Positions 1 to 9,993 of a stretch of DNA of 64,000 nt are shown piece after piece. Each line of letters opens with the position of its first letter. Within the stretch, counting starts at the first letter, position 1. The notes under the pieces are model-generated. The model made no database searches, was not told the origin of the DNA, and was given only the letters and a program-made list of their open reading frames with translations. The stretch is from Candidatus Kaelpia imicola (lineage in GTDB: Bacteria; Omnitrophota; Gorgyraeia; Kaelpiales; Kaelpiaceae): positions 34,679 to 98,678 of the forward strand of contig JAVCCL010000026.1 of the NCBI GenBank assembly GCA_030765505.1. The letters are read 5' to 3'. Position numbers and translations under genes: made by a program.

Positions 1-162
1 CTTTAGAAATAGATACTATCTTATTATAAAACATTTTCGCTTAAGAGATTTGCCGTATTTAATCTTGTCGCTATTTTTTTATGATCTGCCGCGAGTATTT
101 TATTTGGCAACGGTTGATTATAAGATGGTAGAGAGATCTCTGGCTGATCTGAGTACTATGTT

Positions 163-936
163 ATGGAAAGAGAACTAATATTAAAGAACATAAAAAACCT
201 TAAAGAGTTAACCGTTCGTAATATACGTTTAAAATATGCCTCTACACTCTTAGGCGTAGCCTGGGCCGGTTTGATACCGCTTCTTCTTATGGGTGTGATA
301 GGCTTTGTTTTTATCAGAGTCTTTGGGGTCTCTAAGGAGAATTTCCATGTTTTTGTTCTTTCGGCTCTGATTCCCTGGCTCTATTTTTCCAACGTTATAG
401 TCGAATCTACAGAGGCATTTATGAGAGAAAAATCTATTATGAATCAGTTTGACTTTTCAAAGATCATCTATCCGCTATCCATTGTTCTTTCAAATACGGT
501 TGAGCATATAATAGCCATTCTCTTCCTATTGCCTGTATTTATCTTTTTTAATAAGGCCTTGATTTTTAAATTTCCATTACTGGTCTTACCGATTCTAATC
601 GCTGTAGTATTTGCAGCTGCATTATCTTTGATGGCGGCTATAGTAACTCTATATTTCAGAGATTTCCGGCATCTTCTTGGAGTTCTCTTAATGGCTCTCT
701 TCTGGCTTACCCCGGTTTTCTATTCGCCTTACATGGTTCCTGAGAATATAAGGTTCCTGATATTCTTAAATCCTTTAACATATTTTATCGAACTCTATAG
801 AGGTATATTTATTGCCGGCTACAACCCCTTTTTAAAGAATACATACCTCTATGTTTTAATAATAGGGGTTATCTCTGTTTTATTTGGATTCCTGTTATAC
901 AGAAAAACAGAGAGAGAGATATTGAAGAGGAATTAA
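163..936 (+). CDS. ABC-2 type transporter permease (Wzm/TagG/KpsM-like polysaccharide exporter)
   Basis: 257 aa with about six hydrophobic helices and an ABC-2 permease pattern. It sits immediately upstream of, and is start/stop coupled to, an ABC ATPase. Confidence 0.8.
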   Translation: MERELILKNIKNLKELTVRNIRLKYASTLLGVAWAGLIPLLLMGVIGFVFIRVFGVSKENFHVFVLSALIPWLYFSNVIVESTEAFMREKSIMNQFDFSKIIYPLSIVLSNTVEHIIAILFLLPVFIFFNKALIFKFPLLVLPILIAVVFAAALSLMAAIVTLYFRDFRHLLGVLLMALFWLTPVFYSPYMVPENIRFLIFLNPLTYFIELYRGIFIAGYNPFLKNTYLYVLIIGVISVLFGFLLYRKTEREILKRN

Positions 937-937
937 G

Positions 938-2827
938 ATGAGCGATACTATAGCAGCAATAAAGATGGAGGGGCTCTGTGAGTATTACAGGGTAAGGTTT
1001 TCCTATCCCGATAAGTCTGTTGATAGAGAGATAAAAGCTCTTGAGGATGTAAGCCTTGAAATCAAAAAAGGAGAGTCCGTAGCGCTGCTCGGCCCAAATG
1101 GGGCTGGAAAGACTACGTTGCTTAAGTCGATTGCGGGAATACTCAAGCCGGACTCTGGGACTATAAATGTGGAGGGTAGAGTGAGAGGTATCTTTGCTCT
1201 TGAGGCAGGATTTATCCCCGATCTTACAGGATATGAGAATCTTAAAATGGTACTCAAGCTTTATGAGATAGAGAATGAGGCTGTTCTAAGAAATATAGTT
1301 GAATTCTCTGAACTTGGAGATTTTATATATGCTCCTTTAAAGACTTATTCCCAGGGGATGTATCTACGTTTGGCATTCTCTCTGGCCATACATACAGATC
1401 CGGATATCTTGATAGTAGATGATATTCTAGCAGTCGGAGACTACCATTTTCAGCGGAAATGCGTAAAGAGAATAAAAGAGATTACAGACTCTGAAAAGAC
1501 AGTGATTATAGTGACCCATAATTTTGATTTAGCAGAACAGTTATGTTCAAAATGTATAGTTTTAGAGAAAGGTAAAATATTTGCAGAAGGTAATATAAGC
1601 GAGATGAGAAATATATTCTTTGAAATAGCAGGAGATCTCTGGGGCAGCGGTTATATCAAAAATAGAGATCTCAATGTCGTATTTAATAATGGGAAGATTA
1701 TCTTAAGATATAAAGGTACTCCTTTAACGGCTGATATGGGCGGTTTCTTGAGTTTTAGAAAAGATGGCGGTGTTCTCTATTCGACCGATTTTAAATGGGA
1801 CGTAAAAGAATACAAAGATAGATTGACGGCGTATGGGCTAAATAAAGAAGAGGAGATATGTAAGGTAGAGTTAGAGTTAAACCCTGAAGGTATAAACTAT
1901 ACTTTAGAGGGCAGATATCCAGAGCTTGAAATAAATTTTATGCTTAAAGATGTATATTTAGAAGCCCGGATGGATGATGATTCGATTGAGCTCCCTATAG
2001 TAGGAAGAGAACTTGCGAGAGAGTGGAAGAAGATAGCCGAGGCTAAGACAAACTATGTAAAACTGATACCCGAATCTGGCAAAGGATATCCCGAAGTATC
2101 TTTTATAGTTTACTCCGATAAAGAGGCAAAGATAGAGCTCTTCAACCATTATTTCAATACCTCTATGAGGATAGTACGGATTACAACATCTCAACCCCGC
2201 ATCAATATCTGCATGATATTGAATCCTGTTCAAAGAGGGGGAGCGGAAAATATCGACTTAAAAAGTAATGTAGTCTTAAAAGAGTTAATTAAGCTAATAA
2301 ACAGCAATCTGATGGAGCTGTGGAATATAGATACTCCTCTGTTAAAAGCGATTAACTTTATCTCTCATTTTCAAGAAGAGGTATTCGAAGATTTTAAATG
2401 CGAATTGTTAAATCAGTCAGATTTGTCAAATCTGCAAATGATAATAAAATTTTCTAAAATTGACGTCTCCCTGCTTTTGATAGTAAGCATAAACTCTTCG
2501 GGTTTAACTTTTAATTTTTCTTCTTTTACTCCCGGTGCTGCTGTCCATTTAACAGGTATAGGGTTTGTATTGGATTCAAGAGCAAAATACAGGTACTATA
2601 ATTCCGATATAATTGAAGGGGTGGTTGGAGAAGAGACCAGTGTACTGACAACGGACTCTCTGACGCTCTCTTCTTCAAAAGACAACATGCCGGAATTAAA
2701 ACTTACTTTAAACAACCCTACAAGTTTAGAGATTATAGAGGATTGGTATTATAAGAGTGCTACTAATTTAAATTTTTCGCCCCATTTAAGAGAGAATAGT
2801 TTTTCAATCAAAATAGCGGTATTATGA
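938..2827 (+). CDS. ABC transporter ATP-binding protein with ~400-aa C-terminal extension (Wzt/TagH-like)
   Basis: Walker A GPNGAGKTT, signature-like YSQGM, Walker B ILIVDD and H-loop VTHN in the first ~230 aa. The remaining ~400 aa is non-ATPase, as in O-antigen Wzt proteins whose C-terminal domain binds glycan caps. Confidence 0.85.
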   Translation: MSDTIAAIKMEGLCEYYRVRFSYPDKSVDREIKALEDVSLEIKKGESVALLGPNGAGKTTLLKSIAGILKPDSGTINVEGRVRGIFALEAGFIPDLTGYENLKMVLKLYEIENEAVLRNIVEFSELGDFIYAPLKTYSQGMYLRLAFSLAIHTDPDILIVDDILAVGDYHFQRKCVKRIKEITDSEKTVIIVTHNFDLAEQLCSKCIVLEKGKIFAEGNISEMRNIFFEIAGDLWGSGYIKNRDLNVVFNNGKIILRYKGTPLTADMGGFLSFRKDGGVLYSTDFKWDVKEYKDRLTAYGLNKEEEICKVELELNPEGINYTLEGRYPELEINFMLKDVYLEARMDDDSIELPIVGRELAREWKKIAEAKTNYVKLIPESGKGYPEVSFIVYSDKEAKIELFNHYFNTSMRIVRITTSQPRINICMILNPVQRGGAENIDLKSNVVLKELIKLINSNLMELWNIDTPLLKAINFISHFQEEVFEDFKCELLNQSDLSNLQMIIKFSKIDVSLLLIVSINSSGLTFNFSSFTPGAAVHLTGIGFVLDSRAKYRYYNSDIIEGVVGEETSVLTTDSLTLSSSKDNMPELKLTLNNPTSLEIIEDWYYKSATNLNFSPHLRENSFSIKIAVL

Positions 2828-3483
2828 AGAAGAACCATATAGAGAGAGATGGTATTAAACTGGAGTTTCTTTTAGGATATGCCGCCTTAAGCTATAGGAA
2901 TATTATACTAAGTAAAAGTTGTGGATTGTATTCCAGCATCTATCATAACAATACTTGGTATGATTCGCGCTTTGCAACATGGCAGATATTAGATTCAAAT
3001 AAGGAGAGTATATCTTTATACGGAGAGTGGGCAAATCTTCCTCACAGACAGAGCTGGGATTTTAAGTTCAAAGACGGTAAATTACATTGGACTCTAAGAT
3101 GGGAAAATTTGAGGGATTTAAGCTTAGATATGATCCAACAGAATTTTATGCTTATAGATGAATATACTGATTTTTTGGTCAAGGATTATGCTCAGGGTAA
3201 ATTTCCAGAATATTTCTCTAATTTTAAAGGCTTGCTTTGGGATAGAATCTGGTCTATGCCTCAACTGAAAGATAGCCAGATAACATTTAAATCGGCCAAT
3301 AGCTCTGTACCGAATTTAACCTGGATATCGGTTTTAACCAAAAAAGATACCTTATGTGTGATTGAGAATACAGGTTTTGAAGATTCAGCCAGAGTATTAC
3401 AATTACTTTTTGTAAATACAGAAGGCGGTCCAATCAAAGACAACTGTACCATATCGCTAGAGAGTGTGCTGAAAATTGATTAA
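2824..3483 (+). CDS. hypothetical protein
   Basis: 219-aa ORF. ATGA overlap with the upstream gene. No recognisable motif. Confidence 0.45.
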   Translation: MKKNHIERDGIKLEFLLGYAALSYRNIILSKSCGLYSSIYHNNTWYDSRFATWQILDSNKESISLYGEWANLPHRQSWDFKFKDGKLHWTLRWENLRDLSLDMIQQNFMLIDEYTDFLVKDYAQGKFPEYFSNFKGLLWDRIWSMPQLKDSQITFKSANSSVPNLTWISVLTKKDTLCVIENTGFEDSARVLQLLFVNTEGGPIKDNCTISLESVLKID

Positions 3484-4243
3484 GAGAGCCAAGCTTATTT
3501 TAAAAAAACTGCCATCTTTTTTAAAAGATAAGGGTATAATTATAACTTCTATTAAAATCTATGAGTATCTGCTCTTTAGAACTGCAGAGAGAAAAAAGAG
3601 AAAGGCAAAACCACTCTCAATCTTAAAAGATGATATTACGGTAATCACAAACTCAAAAGGTGTAAGTTTAATAGCAGGGGGAAGATTTATCACAAATAAT
3701 GTCGGGTTCCATAGCGCTATTAAAAATCTGGAAAAATGGCACGATTCAACACAGGCCGAATTTAAGTTTATAAAAAGAGCAGGTTCTCTTATTATCAAAG
3801 AGTGGTGGTGGAATCTGCCTCTTAAGTATAAATGGGTCTTTACTCTTAAAGAGAGAAGTATTCTTTGGAAAGGCTCGCTCATAGTCGAGAACTATATTAT
3901 GATTGAAGTGATAAAAACTGGTTTAATTGTTAATAATATTTATGACAGTCTGGTTCTGGGTAAGAAGAGTCTGGACTTACCTGAAAAGAGCCTTCAATGG
4001 CAGGAGATGGATAGGATCGGGAAAAGAACTCTCTTGACTCTAGGCGTTAAAGATAACCCTCTCAGCTTCCCGGATTTGAAATTCAAGATAATCAACTCGC
4101 TCTATCCCTGTAAGATGATAGTACAGAATACAGATAATTATCTTAACGGTAGGTTGCTGCAGATGATCATGGAAGATGAGAGAGAGTACAGGTCGGGCGA
4201 ATATGAGCTTTTTGAGTTGGAGATTTCGGTTATTAAGAAATGA
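3476..4243 (+). CDS. hypothetical protein (TTG start; possibly 3' part of a frameshifted gene with 2824..3483)
   Basis: 255-aa open frame with no in-frame ATG near its 5' end. Only a TTG at 3476 overlaps the previous stop. It is in a different frame from the upstream ORF. Confidence 0.4.
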   Translation: MIKRAKLILKKLPSFLKDKGIIITSIKIYEYLLFRTAERKKRKAKPLSILKDDITVITNSKGVSLIAGGRFITNNVGFHSAIKNLEKWHDSTQAEFKFIKRAGSLIIKEWWWNLPLKYKWVFTLKERSILWKGSLIVENYIMIEVIKTGLIVNNIYDSLVLGKKSLDLPEKSLQWQEMDRIGKRTLLTLGVKDNPLSFPDLKFKIINSLYPCKMIVQNTDNYLNGRLLQMIMEDEREYRSGEYELFELEISVIKK

Positions 4244-7200
4244 AAGTAGCGCTTCTAAATATGCCTTGGAAATGTCACGGACTCTGGGGGGTAAGAGCGG
4301 GTTCACGCTGGCCTCATCTAAGAGATCCAAATAATGAAAGAGATTATCTGCCTTATCCTTTTTTCTTGGGTTATGCAGCGGCATTATTAAAAAAGAATGG
4401 ATTCAGTGCGGTTCTCATAGATGCAATAGCAGAACAGATAGAGATGCCTGATTTCATAAGGGCTCTTGAGGAGGAGAGACCTGATCTGATAGTTGCCGAG
4501 ACATCAACTCCCTCTTTAGATTACGACCTCTCTCTTGCTCAAAGAATAAGAGATATCGCCCCTATTGCATTCTGCGGTCCGGAACAGAACATAAGAGATG
4601 TAGATTTTTTAAAGGAAAGAGATTTTATCGACTATGTCTTAATCGGCGAATATGAAAATATACTTCTCAGCCTGGCTTCTGCTTTAAGAGATAGGAGGCC
4701 GCTCTCTAAAGTAAAAGGTATAATTTATAGAGAGAACGGCAGAATAGTTAAAAACGGCCAGGCTGACTTAATAAAAGAATTAGATACCCTTCCCTGGCCT
4801 CAGAGAGAAGGTCTTTTTATGGAGCATTATGTCGATGCTCCCGGCGGTATGCCTCTACCGTCTGCCCAGATGTGGACATCGCGAGGCTGCCCCTTTAAAT
4901 GTATATTCTGTCTCTGGCCTCACATAATGTATCACGGTAATACTTACCGAATACGGGATATTTTCAATGTGGTAGATGAGATGGAGTATCTTATAAAAGA
5001 GAGATGTTTCAAATCCATATATATTGATGATGATACTGCAAACGTGAATAAAAAGTTTTTGATGGGAATTGCGGCTGAGATCAAAAGAAGGAAGTTGAAA
5101 TTCCCCTGGGCTATCATGGCCAGGCCAGACCTTATGGATAGAGAGTTACTCTTTAGTTTGCGCCAGGCAGGGTTATATAGCGTAAAATATGGGGTTGAGT
5201 CATCTTCTCAGAGGCTTATTAAAAACGCCAATAAGAATATGGATTTAAAATACGCGCTTAAGATGATCAGGCTAACCCACTCTTTGGGCATAAAGACACA
5301 TCTTACCTTCACTTTTGGACTACCTGGGGAGACAAAGAAGACAATAGAGAGGACGATAGACCTGGCTTGTGAACTAAACCCTTACTCGGTTCAGTTCTCT
5401 CTGACTACGCCATTCCCCGGGACAAGTTATTTTAAAAGTCTTAAAGAGAAGGGCTGGATTGAGCCGGATGATTGGAGTTCTTTTGACGGACATAAAGCCT
5501 CTATTGTAAATCTTACCGGTCTTAAGTCAGAGGAGCTGGAAAGGTCTCTGTTTAAGGCCTATAGAGTGTGGAATCAGAGTAAGAGAGACTCTCTGCTTAA
5601 GAAAACTAAAATCGAAGAGATAAAGTCATTTTGGAACTACCTCAATCTCTATGGTGTTAAATTTGCATTACAGAAAAAATCTTCTTACCTGCATGTAAAA
5701 CAGCAATTAAAGGCTGAAGAAGGCAGCAGACAACAGCAAGCCGAGAATAATGCTGTATTGAAAGGTATCTTGAGCGGCCATACCACTTATAGCGGTCCCA
5801 AAATAGCAGTTATAGATATAACCAATAAATGTAATTTAAACTGTATAGGCTGCTGGCTCTATTCACCCTATCTAAAAGGAGTAAAGAGAGAGAGATTAGA
5901 AGAAGAGCTGGATTTAAATACCATAAAAGATGTTGTTGATGAGCTCCATAAGGGAGGGGTAGAGGAGATACAGATCTCAGGCGGCGGAGAACCGCTGATT
6001 CACCCTGATCTTTTAAAAATCGTTAAATATATAAAGATAAAGAAGATACGCTTACACCTTGTGACTAACTTTACTCTCTTCAACAAAAAACTCATAGATG
6101 AACTCTTTAAACTCCGGATAGACTATATTACTATCAGTCTCTGGGCAGGAGATGCAAAGACCTACCTTAAGACACATCCAGGTTCAAAGCCTGATATGTT
6201 TGAGAAGATAGCCGTAAACATAGAATATTTGCTTAAGAGAAGAGAGGAGGATAGACCGATTGTCAAAATATATAATGTGATATCCAAGGTAAACTATCGT
6301 AACATTCCTCAAATGCTGGATTTTGCATTAGATAGAGGGGTAGACTATCTTGAGTTTCAGTTGATGGAGCCAATAGAAGGCAAGACAGAGCATCTGGTTG
6401 TTACAAAGAAAGAGGCTCTTGATATTAATGAGATGCTTATTCGGTTTAAAGATCGCAAAGATTATGTACCGGATTTTATATCAAATGAAGATCTTGAAGT
6501 TTTTGAGTTGTCTTCACATAAAAACGAGCTTAAGGATTTTGGTAGATTTTTAAAGAAGTTCAGAAAGGGGTTCAACCTCACTAACGGCATAAGGCTGGCA
6601 AGATGCCCTGACGGAAAGTACAGCGAAAAGAGAGTACCTTATCCGCCAAAAGATGTAAGACATATAAACTATTATTTTAATCGGGATATATGCAGAGGGT
6701 GCAAGCTGCATCAAAAATGCTATAAGGAGAATAGCGAGACACCGCTTGAAGTAGATCTTTTGACGGTTTTAGGAATTGAGACTTTTCTGAGGCGTGTAGA
6801 TTCAATATCCAAAGAACGCTTAAATTTAGATGGGGAGTTCGTAGATTCGCTGCCCTGTTATGTAGGATGGTATTTTACAAGGATAACCACCAGCGGTGAT
6901 GTTAAACCCTGCTGCAAGGCGGAGGATATAGTGCTTGGCAATATTAAAGAGAGCCGTTTTCAGGATATATTCTCATCCAGCTCTTACAATAGGTTCCGTT
7001 ATAACTGCAAGAATCTCTCTAAAAAAGAGGACTATTTCTCAACTATAGATTGCTACAGAGTCTGCGATAATCTCGGAATGAACCTAAATACCCATAGAGA
7101 GATATTGGATAATATTAGACTCAGAGACTATAGTTCTTCGGATGTTAAATACCATAAGAGAAGCATTGTAATACCGGCTAAAAGTTTTAAGTACGGTAAT

Positions 7201-9993
7201 CTCAATAGAGATAACAACTCTTTTGGTGATGAGATAGTTGTAGATGGAGGAGCTGGTTTTGGGTATGCAGAGTACAGTATAGAGATTTCAACTCCCGGAT
7301 TTTATGAACTCTATATTAGATATGCTTCCGAGATACCAAGACCTGTTGAGCTCAGGATAGACAATGAGTATCTTGGTAAAATCGCAAAAGCTACGACAGG
7401 CGGCTGGGAGAGAAAGTATCTTAAATATTCTAAAGAACTGGAGCATTATTTTGATGCAGGAATTCATAAGATAGAGATATACTCTTCTCTCTATATCCCG
7501 CACATAGAGAGATTTGAACTGAGAGTTAAAAACAGAGAGAGAGAGCTGCCTCTCTGTGACCCGTCAACGCTCTATGGTAAAAAAGCCCCCTTAGAAATAA
7601 TAAAGGAATCATTTAAAACGCATGGAGCAAGACTAACTTTAAAGAGAATTTTAAAATTCTTAAAACCCGGCAATCTTATCAGCAGCTACCTGGATATTAT
7701 AGGCATATTTGACTCAAAATATGCCTATAAGGGCCCTTTTCATGTCCAGATAGATCTGACCAACAACTGTAATAATGATTGTATAGGGTGCTGGTGTAAT
7801 TCACCTCTCCTGGAGGAGCAGAGAATGCCCTCTGAATTAAAAAAACAGTATATACCTTTCAATACTCTCAAAGGTGTTTTAAATGAGGTAAAAGAGGTGG
7901 GTGCAAAAGAGGTCTATTATTCCGGCGGCGGAGAGCCTTTCATGCATCCTGAGATAATGGAAGTCTTAGAATATACAAAAAGGTTGGGATTGATCTGTTA
8001 TGTAAACACAAATTTTACACTGCTTGACAAGAATAAGATTGATCGCCTGATAGCAATTGGAGTCGACCATCTGACAGTAAGTATTTGGGCTGGGAGTGCA
8101 GAGACTTACTCCGATACTCATCCTAATAAGAGCAAAGAGATATTCTATAAAATAAAAGAGAATCTGATATACCTTAACCGCAATAAGAATAGAGCTCCGC
8201 TGATAAAGCTTTATGAGGTAATATTCAACCTTAATTATCACGAGATAAAAGAGATGATCGATTTTGCGCGCAGCAGCTGCTGTGAATCCGTTGAATTTAC
8301 TCTTATAGATACTATCCCGGGTAAGACCGGCAGACTCTCTTTAAATAAGAGGGAGAGAGAAGAGCTTTACAGTAATTGCAGCGAAATATCCAAAGAGTTA
8401 GCTCCTAACTTCAATTACAGAGGAGTTCACCTCTTCAGGTTTGATCAGTTCATGAGAAGATTGAGCGAAGATGAAGCTGTTAGAGAGGCAAAGTATGACA
8501 GGAATATCATTGACTCAATGCCTTGCTATATCGGCTGGCTCTTTGCCCGAATACTTCCGGATGGCAATATCAACACCTGCTTGAAATCGCACAGGTTTCC
8601 TGTGGGTAATATCTACGAGGGGAGCTTCCGTGAAATCTGGAATTCACCCAGACAGATATACTGCAGAGAGAAGATGCTTTGCTATGAGAAAAAGGATCCT
8701 TTCTTTAAGATTATCGGTAATGATCCAGACATAGAAGAGGCAGGATGTTATAAGAGCTGCGATGATATAGGGCGTAATCTTCACATGCATAAGAAGATTA
8801 TGTCCTTAACAAAGCTGGAAAGATTAGTCTTGAGATTAATAGCCAAATATAAGAAGAAGAGCAGGATAAAAAGGAGAGACGGCCTTAAGGAGCTGAGTCA
8901 AGTTCAGATGGAAGATAAGGTAAGAGCAGGTATTATAACCTCCAGGAAGGCTTTTCAGGGGCCGGAGCATATTGTTATGGATTTAACCAACAGGTGTCAG
9001 TTGAGGTGTAACGGCTGCTGGCTCTACTCTCCTCTTCTTAAGACAAACAAGCCTTCGTCAGAATGGTTAAATAAGGAGATCCCGCTATATAGCGCTAAAA
9101 GCTTCATAAGAGAAGCAATAGCTATGGGGCTTAAGATAATACGTTTTACAGGCGGAGGAGAACCTCTGCTTTATAAAGGGGTCTTTGAATTGATTGAGAT
9201 AGCCAAGTCAAACGGTGTTAAGACCTGTCTTACGAGCAATTTTTACGGTTTAGATAAAGAGAGAGTGAAAAGGCTTGCAGATTTAAATCTGGATGAACTT
9301 GCTTTGAGTATCTGGGCCCCGGACCCCCAGACTTACGCTCTGCTGCATCCCGGGACAGAGAGAGAAGATTTTCTTAAGATAAAAGAGGGTATAGCCCTCT
9401 TTAACTCTATTAAGGCTAAAGATACCAAGGTTACAATAGCGAATGTCATTAGCAGCCAGAATTTTAAGAAGATAAAAGAGATGGTCGATTTTGCTTTAGA
9501 GACAAGGTCGGATGCTCTATATTTCACTCTCGTAGATACATTTAAGGGGGAGACCGATACCCTGCTTTTAAAAGAAGATCAGCTTGTGCAATTGAATTCT
9601 GATCTTAAAAGTATTCTCTCCTCTCTTAAAGATAATAGAATAGAGATAGAGAACCTTAATGGTTTTATTGAAAGGCTGAATTCAAATAATAGATTTGGTA
9701 ATTACGACAGAGAGAGGATCGATAGAGTTTCATGCTATGTCGGCTGGTATTTTCTGCGCATCTTGGCGGATGGTTCCGCTGTTCCATGCTGCAGGGGGGT
9801 AGATTATATTATGGGTAATATCAACATTTCATCGCTCTCTGATATCTGGTATTCCAGAAAGTATGATGGTTTTAGGCATAGAGCAAAGAATTTCAAAAAA
9901 GACCATCCTTTCTTTATGAAGATGGACTGCTATAAAGAGTGTGATAATTTTATGCATAACGAACAAGTCCATGAAAGAGTAAGCCGAAAATAG
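4240..9993 (+). CDS. giant multi-domain radical SAM protein: N-terminal B12-binding rSAM plus three tandem SPASM/twitch-type rSAM modules with embedded CBM-like domain
   Basis: 1917 aa. Four CxxxCxxC motifs at nt 4888-4911 (SRGCPFKCIFC), 5830-5853 (NKCNLNCIGC), 7768-7791 (NNCNNDCIGC) and 8995-9018 (NRCQLRCNGC). Each of the last three is followed by GGGEP and a Cys-rich CY(V/I)GW(Y/L)F...CC...CYxxC tail (nt 6856-7069, 8524-8763, 9733-9942). The N-terminus resembles cobalamin-binding domains of class B rSAMs. Residues ~990-1098 (nt ~7207-7533) carry a YxLxIRYAS...TGGW...IHKIEIY pattern, which is CBM6/35-like. Confidence 0.85.
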   Translation: MKVALLNMPWKCHGLWGVRAGSRWPHLRDPNNERDYLPYPFFLGYAAALLKKNGFSAVLIDAIAEQIEMPDFIRALEEERPDLIVAETSTPSLDYDLSLAQRIRDIAPIAFCGPEQNIRDVDFLKERDFIDYVLIGEYENILLSLASALRDRRPLSKVKGIIYRENGRIVKNGQADLIKELDTLPWPQREGLFMEHYVDAPGGMPLPSAQMWTSRGCPFKCIFCLWPHIMYHGNTYRIRDIFNVVDEMEYLIKERCFKSIYIDDDTANVNKKFLMGIAAEIKRRKLKFPWAIMARPDLMDRELLFSLRQAGLYSVKYGVESSSQRLIKNANKNMDLKYALKMIRLTHSLGIKTHLTFTFGLPGETKKTIERTIDLACELNPYSVQFSLTTPFPGTSYFKSLKEKGWIEPDDWSSFDGHKASIVNLTGLKSEELERSLFKAYRVWNQSKRDSLLKKTKIEEIKSFWNYLNLYGVKFALQKKSSYLHVKQQLKAEEGSRQQQAENNAVLKGILSGHTTYSGPKIAVIDITNKCNLNCIGCWLYSPYLKGVKRERLEEELDLNTIKDVVDELHKGGVEEIQISGGGEPLIHPDLLKIVKYIKIKKIRLHLVTNFTLFNKKLIDELFKLRIDYITISLWAGDAKTYLKTHPGSKPDMFEKIAVNIEYLLKRREEDRPIVKIYNVISKVNYRNIPQMLDFALDRGVDYLEFQLMEPIEGKTEHLVVTKKEALDINEMLIRFKDRKDYVPDFISNEDLEVFELSSHKNELKDFGRFLKKFRKGFNLTNGIRLARCPDGKYSEKRVPYPPKDVRHINYYFNRDICRGCKLHQKCYKENSETPLEVDLLTVLGIETFLRRVDSISKERLNLDGEFVDSLPCYVGWYFTRITTSGDVKPCCKAEDIVLGNIKESRFQDIFSSSSYNRFRYNCKNLSKKEDYFSTIDCYRVCDNLGMNLNTHREILDNIRLRDYSSSDVKYHKRSIVIPAKSFKYGNLNRDNNSFGDEIVVDGGAGFGYAEYSIEISTPGFYELYIRYASEIPRPVELRIDNEYLGKIAKATTGGWERKYLKYSKELEHYFDAGIHKIEIYSSLYIPHIERFELRVKNRERELPLCDPSTLYGKKAPLEIIKESFKTHGARLTLKRILKFLKPGNLISSYLDIIGIFDSKYAYKGPFHVQIDLTNNCNNDCIGCWCNSPLLEEQRMPSELKKQYIPFNTLKGVLNEVKEVGAKEVYYSGGGEPFMHPEIMEVLEYTKRLGLICYVNTNFTLLDKNKIDRLIAIGVDHLTVSIWAGSAETYSDTHPNKSKEIFYKIKENLIYLNRNKNRAPLIKLYEVIFNLNYHEIKEMIDFARSSCCESVEFTLIDTIPGKTGRLSLNKREREELYSNCSEISKELAPNFNYRGVHLFRFDQFMRRLSEDEAVREAKYDRNIIDSMPCYIGWLFARILPDGNINTCLKSHRFPVGNIYEGSFREIWNSPRQIYCREKMLCYEKKDPFFKIIGNDPDIEEAGCYKSCDDIGRNLHMHKKIMSLTKLERLVLRLIAKYKKKSRIKRRDGLKELSQVQMEDKVRAGIITSRKAFQGPEHIVMDLTNRCQLRCNGCWLYSPLLKTNKPSSEWLNKEIPLYSAKSFIREAIAMGLKIIRFTGGGEPLLYKGVFELIEIAKSNGVKTCLTSNFYGLDKERVKRLADLNLDELALSIWAPDPQTYALLHPGTEREDFLKIKEGIALFNSIKAKDTKVTIANVISSQNFKKIKEMVDFALETRSDALYFTLVDTFKGETDTLLLKEDQLVQLNSDLKSILSSLKDNRIEIENLNGFIERLNSNNRFGNYDRERIDRVSCYVGWYFLRILADGSAVPCCRGVDYIMGNINISSLSDIWYSRKYDGFRHRAKNFKKDHPFFMKMDCYKECDNFMHNEQVHERVSRK

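Noticed and set aside
1003-2233. Antisense ORFs 1003..1257 (-) and 1958..2233 (-) inside the ABC ATPase gene
   Set aside because: They lie inside a gene with clear Walker A/B motifs on the opposite strand. They are short, with no support.
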